Positions 47,293 to 56,992 of a stretch of DNA of 64,000 nucleotides are shown here, in pieces. Source of the DNA: an uncultured Acidobacteriota bacterium. Lineage in GTDB: Bacteria; Acidobacteriota; Terriglobia; Acidiferrales; UBA7541. The notes below the pieces were generated by a model, which did no database searches, had not been told where the DNA came from, and saw nothing but the letters and a program-made list of their open reading frames with translations. Position numbers and translations under genes: made by a program. Numbering within the stretch: the first letter of the stretch is position 1; each line of letters begins with the position of its first letter. Location of the stretch: assembly GCA_963836125.1 (NCBI GenBank), contig CAWIIK010000006.1, positions 31,975 through 95,974 of the forward strand, read 5' to 3'.

Positions 47293-48393
47293 TTATTCGT
47301 AAGCAAGCGCTTCGACCGGATCCTTGCGGCTGGCGAGCCAAGCGGGATAGGCGGCGCCGAGCAAGCCGCCGACGATGGCAATCAGCGTGGATAGCAGCAT
47401 CCATTTGGGCGTGATCAAAATCGTGAGTGAAGGAAACACGCGCAGGCAGATCGTCCGGACGAGAAAGCTCAGCCCGATGCCGCAGGCGACTCCCGCGAGG
47501 CAAAGCAGAGTAGTTTCGCTGAGAATGATCTCGACGACGTAAATTTTCGATGCGCCCAGCGCTTTCAAGACGCCGATTTCGCGCGTGCGCTCGATGATCG
47601 TGGTGTACATCGAAAGGAAAATCACCAGAAAGCCGATCCCGACGGCAATCGTGATCATCACGTTGATAAACGCGCCGAGGCCGGGCAGATTCGAAGACGT
47701 CATCAGCGATATGAAATCCCTCAGCGGCCGCACCTCGTAGCCCGGCAGGAGGGAGTGAACTTCGTCAGCAGCGGCCGCGGTGTGGTCCGAGCGGTCACAC
47801 TTGATGAAGAACACGGAGGCCTTGTCGCGCGCTCCCGACATCTCCTGCAGCGTCGACATAAAAACGAAGAGCCGCGCGCCCTTGCCGTGCTCGACGATCC
47901 CGGCGACGTGGAAATCGTGCTCGAGGATGTGCAGGGTCTGCCCCACATGGACTTTCTTGGCGCGCGCGTACACGTCGTCCACCAGAATGTCGTTCGGATC
48001 GACCAGGGTCGTGCCTTGGCGCACCACGAATCCGCCGGAAACCGCGTCAAACGAATCCGGCTGGATGCCGTAGACGATGTCGAGGCCATTCACGGAATTG
48101 AACTGGATCAGAACGGGCGCCACCGCGTGCACGTAATCGAGCTGCAGCAGCTTGTTGGCGATGCTGATCGGCATCGGCGCGCCGCTGAACGCCATGAAGA
48201 TCGACGCCGACGGCGGCTGCACCATGATGTCCGCGCCGATTCCCTCGGTGCGTTTCGCGGATTCGAAGATCAAGCCGCTCGTCAGCCCCACCACGATGAC
48301 CACGAGCATCACTTCCACGGCAACCGCGATCACGGTGATCGCCGTGCGAACCGGCCGGTGCATCGCGTTGCGCAGAATCAGGTGGCCGATCAA
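47293..48393 (-). CDS. ABC transporter permease (FtsX/MacB/LolC-E family)
   Basis: It has an N-terminal TM helix, a large periplasmic domain and a C-terminal FtsX-like 3-TM bundle (...REIGVLKALGASK...). Confidence 0.85.
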   Translation of the reverse strand: MIGHLILRNAMHRPVRTAITVIAVAVEVMLVVIVVGLTSGLIFESAKRTEGIGADIMVQPPSASIFMAFSGAPMPISIANKLLQLDYVHAVAPVLIQFNSVNGLDIVYGIQPDSFDAVSGGFVVRQGTTLVDPNDILVDDVYARAKKVHVGQTLHILEHDFHVAGIVEHGKGARLFVFMSTLQEMSGARDKASVFFIKCDRSDHTAAAADEVHSLLPGYEVRPLRDFISLMTSSNLPGLGAFINVMITIAVGIGFLVIFLSMYTTIIERTREIGVLKALGASKIYVVEIILSETTLLCLAGVACGIGLSFLVRTICLRVFPSLTILITPKWMLLSTLIAIVGGLLGAAYPAWLASRKDPVEALAYE

Positions 48394-49310
48394 GGCTTGG
48401 CCTCCGGCTCCGGCGCGCTTTCGCCCACGCGCTCGAGCTGCGTTCCGGGCGGCTGCTTCAATACGAACTTGTCAGCGGTAATCGTTTCGTCCAGCGTCAG
48501 CTTGGTGACCCCAATATCAAGACGGTAATCGTTCTCCGGCCGTTCCAACGAAATCTGGCGCGGGTATCGTATCCCGCCAAACGTATCCCATCCGCTGTAG
48601 CGCACGTCCGAGACGAGCTTGCCGCCGGCATCGTATGTCTCGATGCGAGCAATGCTCAGGTCGGAGCGATCGAACCAGATTCTGCTCGCGATCTCCCAAT
48701 CCTGCGGGCTCGCGCCGTTCGTTGCTCGCACCACGGTCAAGACGTAAAACTGCGAATTCCCATCCCGCTCCTGCTCGAAAAGAACGGGCGCATCCACCGG
48801 AATCGGATTCCAGAAAACCGCGTTGATCAGGTGCTGCGGCCGCAGGTTTTCGATGGCCTTCGACGAAGGCCGCTCGACGTTCTCCGAACCCGTAATGAAC
48901 TTGCCCTGCGACGGGATGAAAATGTCGAAGGTCTCGCCGTCGCTCACCATATCGAAAATATTCGTCCCGACCACCGGCGCCTGCCCTATTGCTCGGATAC
49001 TCGAAGGGCGTTGCGCGAGAATAAAGCCCGTAATCTGGTGGTACTGCTTGATCACGCCCGTATATTGCGAGCCCGCCGTCAGTGTCATCGTCACCCCAGC
49101 GTTAAGCGACGTAACGGCTGTAGCTTGGCGATTGTACGCGGCAATCAGATCGGCTCTCGATGCCGTCTCGACCGCCACCGGCGCGCTCGCCGGCTTCGTC
49201 GCCGTGGGCTGGCTCATCGCGCAACCCCAGGCCAGCACCGCGCCAAGCGCAGCTGAAACCAGTAGGAATAGTCCGGGGAGCCTATGTTTGCGTCGAGTGA
49301 GAAACACCAA
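48390..49310 (-). CDS. LolA-like / outer-membrane lipoprotein-sorting lipoprotein
   Basis: It has a lipobox (LAWGC). Size and sequence pattern are LolA-fold-like. It overlaps the downstream permease gene by 4 nt. Confidence 0.55.
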   Translation of the reverse strand: MVFLTRRKHRLPGLFLLVSAALGAVLAWGCAMSQPTATKPASAPVAVETASRADLIAAYNRQATAVTSLNAGVTMTLTAGSQYTGVIKQYHQITGFILAQRPSSIRAIGQAPVVGTNIFDMVSDGETFDIFIPSQGKFITGSENVERPSSKAIENLRPQHLINAVFWNPIPVDAPVLFEQERDGNSQFYVLTVVRATNGASPQDWEIASRIWFDRSDLSIARIETYDAGGKLVSDVRYSGWDTFGGIRYPRQISLERPENDYRLDIGVTKLTLDETITADKFVLKQPPGTQLERVGESAPEPEAKP

Positions 49311-49425
49311 CCAGCAAATTTATCAGCCGCATCCAATCGAGTCAACAAACCGTGTTCGATGGCAGTGGCGTCATTTGCTCCTCAAATCACACCACTACCC
49401 GCTCGATTGTGTTCCCCGCGCATTC

Positions 49426-49860
49426 TCACTGCACGGTCGAGCGCGGCGCGGGAGGCAGCGGCGAGGCATGATGCGCGACGAGCAACCACTTGCCCTCGCG
49501 CTCGACGAAAATATTCGTCGCCTGCACGGTGGCTTCGTCGAATCCGTCCGCAAACGCCGTCGTGACGCGGGCCGTGCACGCCACCCAGCCGACCTGCCCC
49601 TCGACGCGCACCCAGATGCCGCTCAGCGCCAGGCGCACGCGCTTCGTGTTCTTGAAAATCCGCGCCCAGCGTTCGCGCACTTCCTCCCAGCCGAGCAGCA
49701 GATCCCAGCCCGGTTGCACGCACTCGACGCCTTCGTCGTGCGCCCACACCGCTTCCATCTCGGCAAGGTTCAACGCCTCGAATGCCGCATAAAACCGCTG
49801 ATTCGCATCGCGAACCGCATCTTCGGGCGTCTGTTTTTCTCGGGCAGCTTTTGGAGGCAT
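49426..49860 (-). CDS. SnoaL-like / NTF2-fold protein (DUF4440-like)
   Basis: The pattern ...ANQRFYAAFEALNLAEMEAVWAHDEGVECVQPGW...ATNIFVREGKWLLVAHHAS is typical of this fold family. Confidence 0.7.
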   Translation of the reverse strand: MPPKAAREKQTPEDAVRDANQRFYAAFEALNLAEMEAVWAHDEGVECVQPGWDLLLGWEEVRERWARIFKNTKRVRLALSGIWVRVEGQVGWVACTARVTTAFADGFDEATVQATNIFVEREGKWLLVAHHASPLPPAPRSTVQ

Positions 49861-49913
49861 CGGGATCAGGAACAGAACTTGGCTCCCGATTATACCCTCA
49901 AGTAAGCCGGGCG

Positions 49914-50894
49914 CTACTCACTGTTGGGCTGGGCTTCCGTGATCAAGGGGGCGTCCGCCGTGGCCATCTCGCCGTTCTTATCGGCGCCATGCACTTTCCC
50001 GGCCTTGTCGAGCAGAAACGAACGCCGCCCGCTCTTGCCGTAGTTTTCAGGAGTGGCCGCGAGCTCGAATTTCGGGTCGCCCGGTCGCGCCGGCTCGGCC
50101 CCATCCGACGGCTCCGGAGCCGTGGCGACGACCCGGTATTGAAATCGATAGCCGCCCACGCTGCCCGTCGCCAATTTCGCATCGATCAGCGATGCCTGCT
50201 CGTCCGAAATCTCTCCCTTGGGCGCAGGACCGAGCTGCGCGAGGGAATCCGGCAACTTGCCGTAGGCATCCAGATAGGTGCGAATCGCTTCGGCAAGATT
50301 GTGCAGCGTCGCGATGGCCGCATCTTCGCTCGCGACGAGATCGCTCTCCGCCCACTCTTTCGAGAGCTGCGGAATATCCAGCAGCACGAGCCCCAGCGAA
50401 AGCAATCGCCAGCCGCCATTCTCGCGCACCAGCCCGAATTGCGTCTGTTGCGCGTCCACCACGGTCACGGGAACGAACGAAAGGTTCTCGTGCGTTTTCG
50501 CGGCGCCGAAGCGAAACTCGGCCGTCTGCTCGTCGGTCATGCAGCGGAAAATCGTGTGTCCCTGCATGTCGGCCGAAATCAGGGGCCTGCCCTCGTTGTC
50601 CGACAGCGAAAACCTCTTCATGAACGACGTCCGCTGCTCCGGAGGAAGCGCGTGAAATGCAGCCGCATTGTCCGCGGTCAGGTAGTTCGCAAATTCCGTT
50701 TCGTTCGCGCGGCAGGCGGCCGAAAGCGCGCCCGACAGCGCCGCGACAGCACCGGCCGGCTGCTCGTCCGCCGGGGATTGTTGCGCCGTCGCCGGCAGCG
50801 CGAAAAGCAGCAGAGCGAAAAAGATTGTCGCGGCGCCAAGGACGCGCCCAAACGCCGAACCGAATGCCGCCAAGATCGAAACTGCTTTCATCAA
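49914..50894 (-). CDS. Secreted hypothetical protein
   Basis: It has a signal peptide (...FALLLFALPATAQQ). It overlaps the upstream receiver gene by ATGA. Confidence 0.55.
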   Translation of the reverse strand: MMKAVSILAAFGSAFGRVLGAATIFFALLLFALPATAQQSPADEQPAGAVAALSGALSAACRANETEFANYLTADNAAAFHALPPEQRTSFMKRFSLSDNEGRPLISADMQGHTIFRCMTDEQTAEFRFGAAKTHENLSFVPVTVVDAQQTQFGLVRENGGWRLLSLGLVLLDIPQLSKEWAESDLVASEDAAIATLHNLAEAIRTYLDAYGKLPDSLAQLGPAPKGEISDEQASLIDAKLATGSVGGYRFQYRVVATAPEPSDGAEPARPGDPKFELAATPENYGKSGRRSFLLDKAGKVHGADKNGEMATADAPLITEAQPNSE

Positions 50895-51250
50895 GGTTGG
50901 GATTTCGCGCGGGCCAGGATGGTTGCCAGGTCCTGCGTGAACTTCGATCGCGGCATCACGTCCGCGCAGCCCGCCGCCCGCGCCTGCGCCGCGAGATCGA
51001 CCTGCACGTGAGAAAGAAAACCAATCAGAGGAATTTCGGCCCCGCTGGCGCGCACGCGTTCGATCGCCTCCAGCGGATTTGATCGCGCATTCAAATCGAC
51101 CACGACCAGCTTCGGCACTCGCGCCCCGATCTCATCGGCCAGCGCGTCCGCCGTCGCGCACGTCCGCAGCTCCACGCCCAGCTGCTTCGCCGTCTCGATC
51201 AGCTTCGCCTGAAAAAACAAATCGTCGACAAGCGCTACGACCTGCGCCAT
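50891..51250 (-). CDS. Single-domain response-regulator receiver protein
   Basis: It follows a CheY-like pattern: VVALVDDLFF..., KLVVVDLN, and IGFLSH... Confidence 0.65.
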   Translation of the reverse strand: MAQVVALVDDLFFQAKLIETAKQLGVELRTCATADALADEIGARVPKLVVVDLNARSNPLEAIERVRASGAEIPLIGFLSHVQVDLAAQARAAGCADVMPRSKFTQDLATILARAKSQP

Positions 51251-51318
51251 CCGCGTCTCCTCGCTCCTCAGTGTACACGCGGCCACGCACAAGCGCACGG
51301 AGCCTGGAATAATCGGGT

Positions 51319-51708
51319 TCAGATTATTTCGACCCGCACCGGGCCGCCCGCTTTCGCCAGCGCATGATCTCGCGTGACGAGCGGAGCATCCAGCGCTTCA
51401 GCAAGCGCTACATACGCCGCGTCATAAGCCGTTAGACCGTGCCGCAATCTCCAGATGCGCTCGAGCAGGACGAAATGCGGATAGCGGGTGAGCGGGAAGT
51501 CCACGAGATCGGCGAGGGCTTCGGCGCCCCGTTCAGCGGAGATTACCGCCGAGCGCACGTAGCGGCGCAGGACCTGTGCGATCTCGAGGTCGATCAGGTG
51601 CGGAGCATGCAGCGTCTCGTTGGCGGCGAATATGAACCGGTTCACGCGCCGGGCTGCGGGCGTTTGCAAGAGAACCTCAAGAATCGCGGAAGCATCGACG
51701 ACGATCAG
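51319..51708 (-). CDS. vapC: PIN-domain toxin VapC (no canonical start codon; possible CTG start overlapping the vapB stop)
   Basis: The frame reads P-L-IVVDASAILEVLLQTPAARR...HAPHLIDLEI...LTAYDAAYVALAEALDAPLVTRD. The listed ORF starts only at TTG 51669, which would remove the first conserved PIN aspartate. Confidence 0.7.
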   Translation of the reverse strand: MIVVDASAILEVLLQTPAARRVNRFIFAANETLHAPHLIDLEIAQVLRRYVRSAVISAERGAEALADLVDFPLTRYPHFVLLERIWRLRHGLTAYDAAYVALAEALDAPLVTRDHALAKAGGPVRVEII

Positions 51709-51935
51709 CGGCTCTTCCTCTCGGCGCGCACGGCAGCCGCCGGCGCAGGACGCGGCCGGACGGGCTCGCGGCTCGAAAGCCGTTTCCGCATTTCGTCAAG
51801 AGTAGGCCGGTCAATGGCGTGGCGCAGTTCGCGGAGCAGATAGTCCGAGAGGGACATGCCTTCCAGCGCCGCTCGCGCTTTGAGCTCGCGATGCAAATCG
51901 GAAGGTACGTTTCGGATCTGAACCATCACTGACAT
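51705..51935 (-). CDS. vapB: Ribbon-helix-helix antitoxin (FitA/VapB-like)
   Basis: The start MSVMVQIRNVPSDLHRELKARAALEGMSLSDYLLRELR is a typical RHH antitoxin N-terminus. The gene lies directly upstream of the PIN gene. Confidence 0.8.
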   Translation of the reverse strand: MSVMVQIRNVPSDLHRELKARAALEGMSLSDYLLRELRHAIDRPTLDEMRKRLSSREPVRPRPAPAAAVRAERKSR

Positions 51936-52019
51936 GCGATCAGCATACTCACATGCGAAACACATGTCAACGGTTCGAACGACGATGGCTTGCTACCAGG
52001 GAACAATTGCGAATCCCAA

Positions 52020-53531
52020 TCAGCTTCCCGCGCGCGCCACCGAGTAGCGCCCGCTCTCGAGCGCTTCCTGCGACACCCACATCCCGTGGAACGTCATGCG
52101 CACGCGATGCGGCAGCTTCACGATCGCCACCGGGCCCGCATCGAGATTTTGCGCGTCGAGGATCGCTAGATCGCTGCGGTTCTCCGCCATGCGATTTACC
52201 AGCGCGAGCAGGTAGCCATCGCCCTCCGGCGAATTCGGCTTGCGCGGCGCAAACAACGGCTCCTGCACGCCCGAATCCGGCCCCGGATTCCACAATGTGG
52301 CGCTGCCCGTCTTATGATCGAACTCGCCGACGGCGCCGAACCCGATGTTCCCCGCCCCGGGCGTGTTCGGATCGCGGCAAATGACGTAGCCTTTCCGGTA
52401 CGTTCCGTTGCCGTAGTAGCGGTCGTCGGCGCGCGGCATCTCGCACATCCAATCGTAAAGCTGCTCCGTTTTGTAGTCTTCCGTGTTGCCGGCCAGATCG
52501 AACGTCAACCGAGTGAGATGCGGAAGCGCGGTCGTGGGATCGGGCGTCGTGCCGTCGTGATTCGGGAAGAAAAAGAACGAGCTGCCTTGCGAGAGGCACA
52601 CGTCGAGGCTCACCTTCGAACCGTTCGTGCTGCCGTTCATCATGTGCCCTGCGAAGCTCGTCGGCCCGCGGAACCAGCGCACCTGATCCGAGGTGCCGTA
52701 GCGCGGCACCACCGCGACCACGGTTTCCTTGTCGCGATGCCAGGTGTAGAACGGCCCGCCCTTTTTCATCACGTCCACATCGGTGAGCAGCGGGAAAAAC
52801 GGAAAGATCACGTACTGATCCGAAATCGCGAAGTCGTGAACCATTCCCGCCCACGGCGCGTTGAACCACACCTCGTGTTTCAGCTTGCCGTCCGGCCCGA
52901 TCACGAAATACGCGACGTCGGTCGTGCCGTCACCCTTGGCCTGGTACGCGAATGTGAGCAGCTCGTTCGTGGTCTGATCAAGATGCGGGTGCGCGGACAT
53001 CCACACCGACTTCACGCTGCCGTTGTAGTCGTAGCGGCCAATCGTCTCGAGCGTATAGGGATTCAGCTCGTACGGCATGTCGTCTTCTTTCAGCGCCAGC
53101 AACCTGCCCGCGTGCCACACGACGTTCGTGTTCGCTGTCCCGGGATTGCAGCCCTTGACGACCGGATCGTGCGTGTAGCGATTCCGGTACCGGCCAAAAA
53201 GCCCGCGGCGATGCTTTTCCTGCAACTTGAAACGCTCGGTGCGCACGTAGCGGCTCTTGTAATCGACGTGGCCGTTCTCAAATTTGAACATCACGACCAT
53301 GCCTTCGCCGTCGATGAAAATATCGTCGCCAAGCAGCGGCGGATACTGCCGGTCGGGTCCGCAGCGATAGAGAATCCCGTTGAGGTCCTTCGGCACCGCG
53401 CCATACGTCACTTCGCAGTCGCGCAGATCGGCCTCAAGCCGGCTCGGCGCGCCAAAACCCTGATAGATCGGAATGTCCGGAAAGCGGATCGCACCCACCG
53501 CCGAAAGTTCTTCAAGATAAATGGTCGACAT
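52020..53531 (-). CDS. Carotenoid oxygenase family protein (carotenoid/stilbene cleavage dioxygenase)
   Basis: Family-typical stretches are LNGILYRCGPDRQYPP...DGEGMVVMFKFENGHVDYKSRYVRTERF..., NTNVVWHAGRLLALKEDDMPYELNP and HDFAISDQYVIFP. Confidence 0.85.
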   Translation of the reverse strand: MSTIYLEELSAVGAIRFPDIPIYQGFGAPSRLEADLRDCEVTYGAVPKDLNGILYRCGPDRQYPPLLGDDIFIDGEGMVVMFKFENGHVDYKSRYVRTERFKLQEKHRRGLFGRYRNRYTHDPVVKGCNPGTANTNVVWHAGRLLALKEDDMPYELNPYTLETIGRYDYNGSVKSVWMSAHPHLDQTTNELLTFAYQAKGDGTTDVAYFVIGPDGKLKHEVWFNAPWAGMVHDFAISDQYVIFPFFPLLTDVDVMKKGGPFYTWHRDKETVVAVVPRYGTSDQVRWFRGPTSFAGHMMNGSTNGSKVSLDVCLSQGSSFFFFPNHDGTTPDPTTALPHLTRLTFDLAGNTEDYKTEQLYDWMCEMPRADDRYYGNGTYRKGYVICRDPNTPGAGNIGFGAVGEFDHKTGSATLWNPGPDSGVQEPLFAPRKPNSPEGDGYLLALVNRMAENRSDLAILDAQNLDAGPVAIVKLPHRVRMTFHGMWVSQEALESGRYSVARAGS

Positions 53532-53754
53532 AGGAACTCCTCGCCGCGCGCCCCAACTCGCGCTTCACCTGATTCTGCGGCCATGCTATGCGCCCGCGGA
53601 CACGATTGTCAACCGAGGCACAATCAACAGAACAGAAGCTCCTTCAGGCTCGGTCTTCTGCTTTCTTGTAGCTTGAGAAACATCCAGACCCGTTGGACGT
53701 CGGCGGAGGAACACGACGAATCATTCTCCGTGCGATGGAAGGAACCTCTGAAAT

Positions 53755-54195
53755 CTAGTGTTCGGATTCTTCGTGGGCGCCGACCGTTTCATCGGGCACG
53801 TCGCCCGTGCGGCCTTTCACGCGGTCGTAGACGCTGTATTGGCAGGTGGAACCGAGGGCTTCGTTGTAGTACGTGGGCACGCCGAGCGCGGTCCGCAACT
53901 CTTCGTTGAAGGTGCGCAGGTCGCCGAGCTGCGCCACACGGATCGGCAGCTTCAGGCCTTCGTTCGTCAGCAGGAATTTTTGATACCCGGCGTCCCACAG
54001 GCGCGTGAATTGCCCCTGATGCATGATCGAGGGAATGATGGTCATCTGGAAGTGCCCGGCAGGCGACTTGCGCAGCTCCGCGCCGCAGCCGTGCTTCTCG
54101 ATGCGAACCACGCCGCCCGAGCTGCGCACCAGAAACCCTTTCGCCGCGAGCGATTCAACCTGCGCTTGATCGAAGAGCTTGTTGACGTACCACAT
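53755..54195 (-). CDS. Hypothetical protein
   Basis: This is a 146-aa ORF with protein-like composition. The competing antisense ORF is Arg/Ala-rich. No family was recognised. Confidence 0.5.
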   Translation of the reverse strand: MWYVNKLFDQAQVESLAAKGFLVRSSGGVVRIEKHGCGAELRKSPAGHFQMTIIPSIMHQGQFTRLWDAGYQKFLLTNEGLKLPIRVAQLGDLRTFNEELRTALGVPTYYNEALGSTCQYSVYDRVKGRTGDVPDETVGAHEESEH

Positions 54196-54447
54196 GGTCC
54201 TTCAGCATAGGGATTTTCCCGCCTTCGTGTAAAGCCAAAAAAACGGCCATGGTTTGGTTCGCTCAGCGAGACCACAAGAGTAGATCCCTCGCTAGGTCGC
54301 GCGCCCGCAAAAAGCGCGGGAAAGGACAAGGCGCGCGCAACTCCGCTCGGGATGACCGGGTCGGTGCTCAGTACCAAAGGATGCCGGGCCGAAAGAGGCG
54401 CCCCACTTGAAAGAGGCGCCCACTTGCACCGGTGACGTAAAACTGAT

Positions 54448-56319
54448 ATGCAATTCGCCGTGAGAATGAATCGAGCCGGCTTCGCTTCGCTGCTTTTGCT
54501 GGCGCCAGCGATTCTGTGCGCTGCGCCGCGCACGTCGGCGCAGGCGACGCCTGACGGCGCTGCGCTCTTCCGGCAGCACTGCGCCGCGTGCCACGCCGGC
54601 GCGGCCGCGGCCACCAGCCGAGCGCCCACGCGCGCCGTGCTTGCCGAGAAAACGCAGCAGGAAATTTTGCAGACGCTCGAATCCGGCGCGATGGTGATCT
54701 ACGGCAATCAAATGAACGAAGCCGAACGCCGCGCCGTCGCCGCCTTCCTCAGCTCGAAACTCGGCGAGGACGTTTCGCGCGCCAACCTCTGCGCCGGCGT
54801 GCCGCCCATCACGCCCGCGGGCCTCGCGAATCCGCACAACTGGAACGGCTGGGGCGTCGACCTCGTGAATTCGCGCTACCAGCCGCATACGAGCCTCGAT
54901 CCCGAAAACGTCGCGCACATGAAATTGAAATGGGCGTTCGGCATTCCCAACGCAAGCTCGGCGCTCGGCCAGCCGACCATCGTCTCCGGCCGCCTCTTCG
55001 TCGGCTCGGGCGACGGCACCGTCTACGCGCTTGACGCCTCGACCGGGTGCACGATCTGGGCGTTCAAAGCCGATACGACCGTGCGCGATGCGATTACCGT
55101 CGCGCCGGGAGCGAAGGGCCGCGCCCGCGCGTATTTCGGCGACAGCGAAGCCAATCTCTACGCGCTCGATGCCTCCGACGGCAAGCTCATTTGGAAAATA
55201 AAAGTCGATCCGCATCCCACCGCCCGGATCACCGGCGCGCCGCAGCTTTACGACGGCCGCCTCTACGTGCCGCTCACCGGAAACGAGGAACTCACGGGCG
55301 GCGACCCGGCTTATCCGTGCTGCACGTTTCGCGGCAACATCACCGCCGTTGACGCGCGCAGCGGCAAAGTTATCTGGAAGGCTTACGGCATCGCCAAAAC
55401 GCCCGGCCCTTCCGCGCCCGGCACGAGCCACGCAAAATTCAGCCCGGCGGGCGGCGCGATGTGGAGCGCTCCCACGATCGATGTAAAACTCGGCAGGCTC
55501 TACACCGGCACCGGCGACGCCTACGTCGATCCCGCGGCCGAGGGCACCGACGCGATCGTCGCTTTCGATCTCGCGAGCGGGAAGCGCCTCTGGCTGCAGC
55601 AGAAAACCTCCGGCGACGTTTTCAATTTTGGCTGCTTCCAGGCGCATCCGATCAACTGCCCGCCGAAAGTCGGCCCCGATTTCGATTTCGGTTCGTCGGT
55701 AATTTTGCAGAACCTCGGCGACGGCCATCGCGTCTTGCTGGCGGGCCAGAAAAGCGGCGTGCTCTTCGCGCTCGATCCCGATGATGGCGGCAAAGAACTC
55801 TGGCATATCCGCGTCGGCCACGGCGGCGGGCTCGGCGGAATCGAGTGGGGCTTCGCCACCGACGGCACAAACGCCTACGTCGCGCTTTCAGATATTCCGT
55901 CCGCGCTCTCGCCGCCGAAGCCCGGCGCGGTCGTGCCGCCGTCGGGCGGTCTTTTCGCGATCGACATCCGCACGGGCAAACTCGTCTGGAAAACGATGCC
56001 GCCCAAGCCGGCATGCGAAGGACAGCCCGGATGCAGCGCGGGCCAGCTCGCCGCGGTTACCGTTGTTCCCGGCGTCGTCTTTTCCGGCTCGATGGATGGC
56101 CACCTCCGCGCGTATTCCGCCAGAGACGGCGCGATCCTGTGGGATTACGACACGCTGCCGAGCGTCCCAACGGTGAATGGTGTGAAAGCGCACGGCGGCT
56201 CGATGAGCGGCAGCGGCCCGACCGTTTCGGGCAACATGGTATTCGTCACCTCCGGCTTCACTGGCACCTCGGGCATGCCCGGCAATCTGCTCCTCGCCTT
56301 CGAAGCACCGGCGAAGTAA
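54448..56319 (+). CDS. PQQ-like beta-propeller protein with an N-terminal c-type cytochrome domain (polyvinyl-alcohol-dehydrogenase-like architecture)
   Basis: It has a signal peptide and a CxxCH haem motif (FRQHCAACHAG). Repeated propeller units follow: GTVYALDASTGCTIWAFK, ANLYALDASDGKLIWKIK, GVLFALDPDDGGKELW and GHLRAYSARDGAILW. Confidence 0.8.
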   Translation: MQFAVRMNRAGFASLLLLAPAILCAAPRTSAQATPDGAALFRQHCAACHAGAAAATSRAPTRAVLAEKTQQEILQTLESGAMVIYGNQMNEAERRAVAAFLSSKLGEDVSRANLCAGVPPITPAGLANPHNWNGWGVDLVNSRYQPHTSLDPENVAHMKLKWAFGIPNASSALGQPTIVSGRLFVGSGDGTVYALDASTGCTIWAFKADTTVRDAITVAPGAKGRARAYFGDSEANLYALDASDGKLIWKIKVDPHPTARITGAPQLYDGRLYVPLTGNEELTGGDPAYPCCTFRGNITAVDARSGKVIWKAYGIAKTPGPSAPGTSHAKFSPAGGAMWSAPTIDVKLGRLYTGTGDAYVDPAAEGTDAIVAFDLASGKRLWLQQKTSGDVFNFGCFQAHPINCPPKVGPDFDFGSSVILQNLGDGHRVLLAGQKSGVLFALDPDDGGKELWHIRVGHGGGLGGIEWGFATDGTNAYVALSDIPSALSPPKPGAVVPPSGGLFAIDIRTGKLVWKTMPPKPACEGQPGCSAGQLAAVTVVPGVVFSGSMDGHLRAYSARDGAILWDYDTLPSVPTVNGVKAHGGSMSGSGPTVSGNMVFVTSGFTGTSGMPGNLLLAFEAPAK

Positions 56320-56515
56320 TCGTGAATAGTGACCAATGATCGGCGAGTCGCAGGAACAGCCAGCGGGAGGCTACTTGCCCGCCATAAGCCTATGAACCGA
56401 GTCGAGCGCGTTTGAACATTACAAGCGCCGACAGCGTCCCTACCAAAGCCGGAAGGGGCAGTATGAATACCATCAGAACGGCACAGACAAACTGCGTATT
56501 GAAAGCAGGCGATCC

Positions 56516-56722
56516 TTAAGGCGGTCGACCATATAGCAGCGACACAACGAAGCACGCCAGAAGCAGAAGGTGTGGCGCGAGCAGCAAAAGGCCGGCAATC
56601 CGTTTTCCGGTTCCCATCTTTCCCCAGGATCGACCGGCGAAATAGAGAGCCGCGAAGAACGCCAGAACAATCACAGCAAGCAAGACCATCCAGGGCAGCT
56701 CTTTCATTCCGGCACTATACAA
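56516..56722 (-). CDS. Small two-TM membrane protein (hypothetical; start uncertain)
   Basis: The sequence is hydrophobic: MKELPWMVLLAVIVLAFFAALYFAG...IAGLLLLAPHLLLLACFVVSLL. AGGAGG lies upstream but is poorly spaced from any candidate start. Confidence 0.4.
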   Translation of the reverse strand: MYSAGMKELPWMVLLAVIVLAFFAALYFAGRSWGKMGTGKRIAGLLLLAPHLLLLACFVVSLLYGRPP

Positions 56723-56992
56723 AGCCTCCTATACCCCCGCAAGATTACCTGCCGCCAATGCGTTACTGACGATCCAGATCGAAGCCGGGTCGTGGCAAAC
56801 ATGCGCGCGTATTCAAACAGGGCCGGATGAAACTAAACGGGAAGCCATCTGGAAATAACGGGGATCGGGACCCAAGAAGCTTCACACAATGGTCGTAGGG
56901 GTCGCGCAGGCACTTTGAGTCATCACATGCACGTGATTCGTTTCTTTATGGATGTGGACAGCTTTCACAGGCCCGAGAAAAAGGAGCGCATC

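Noticed and set aside
56395-56473. A 27-codon hydrophobic mini-ORF (MVFILPLPALVGTLSALVMFKRARLGS, minus strand) downstream of the 68-aa membrane ORF.
   Set aside because: It is too short to support from sequence alone. It has no clear RBS and no conservation evidence is available here.
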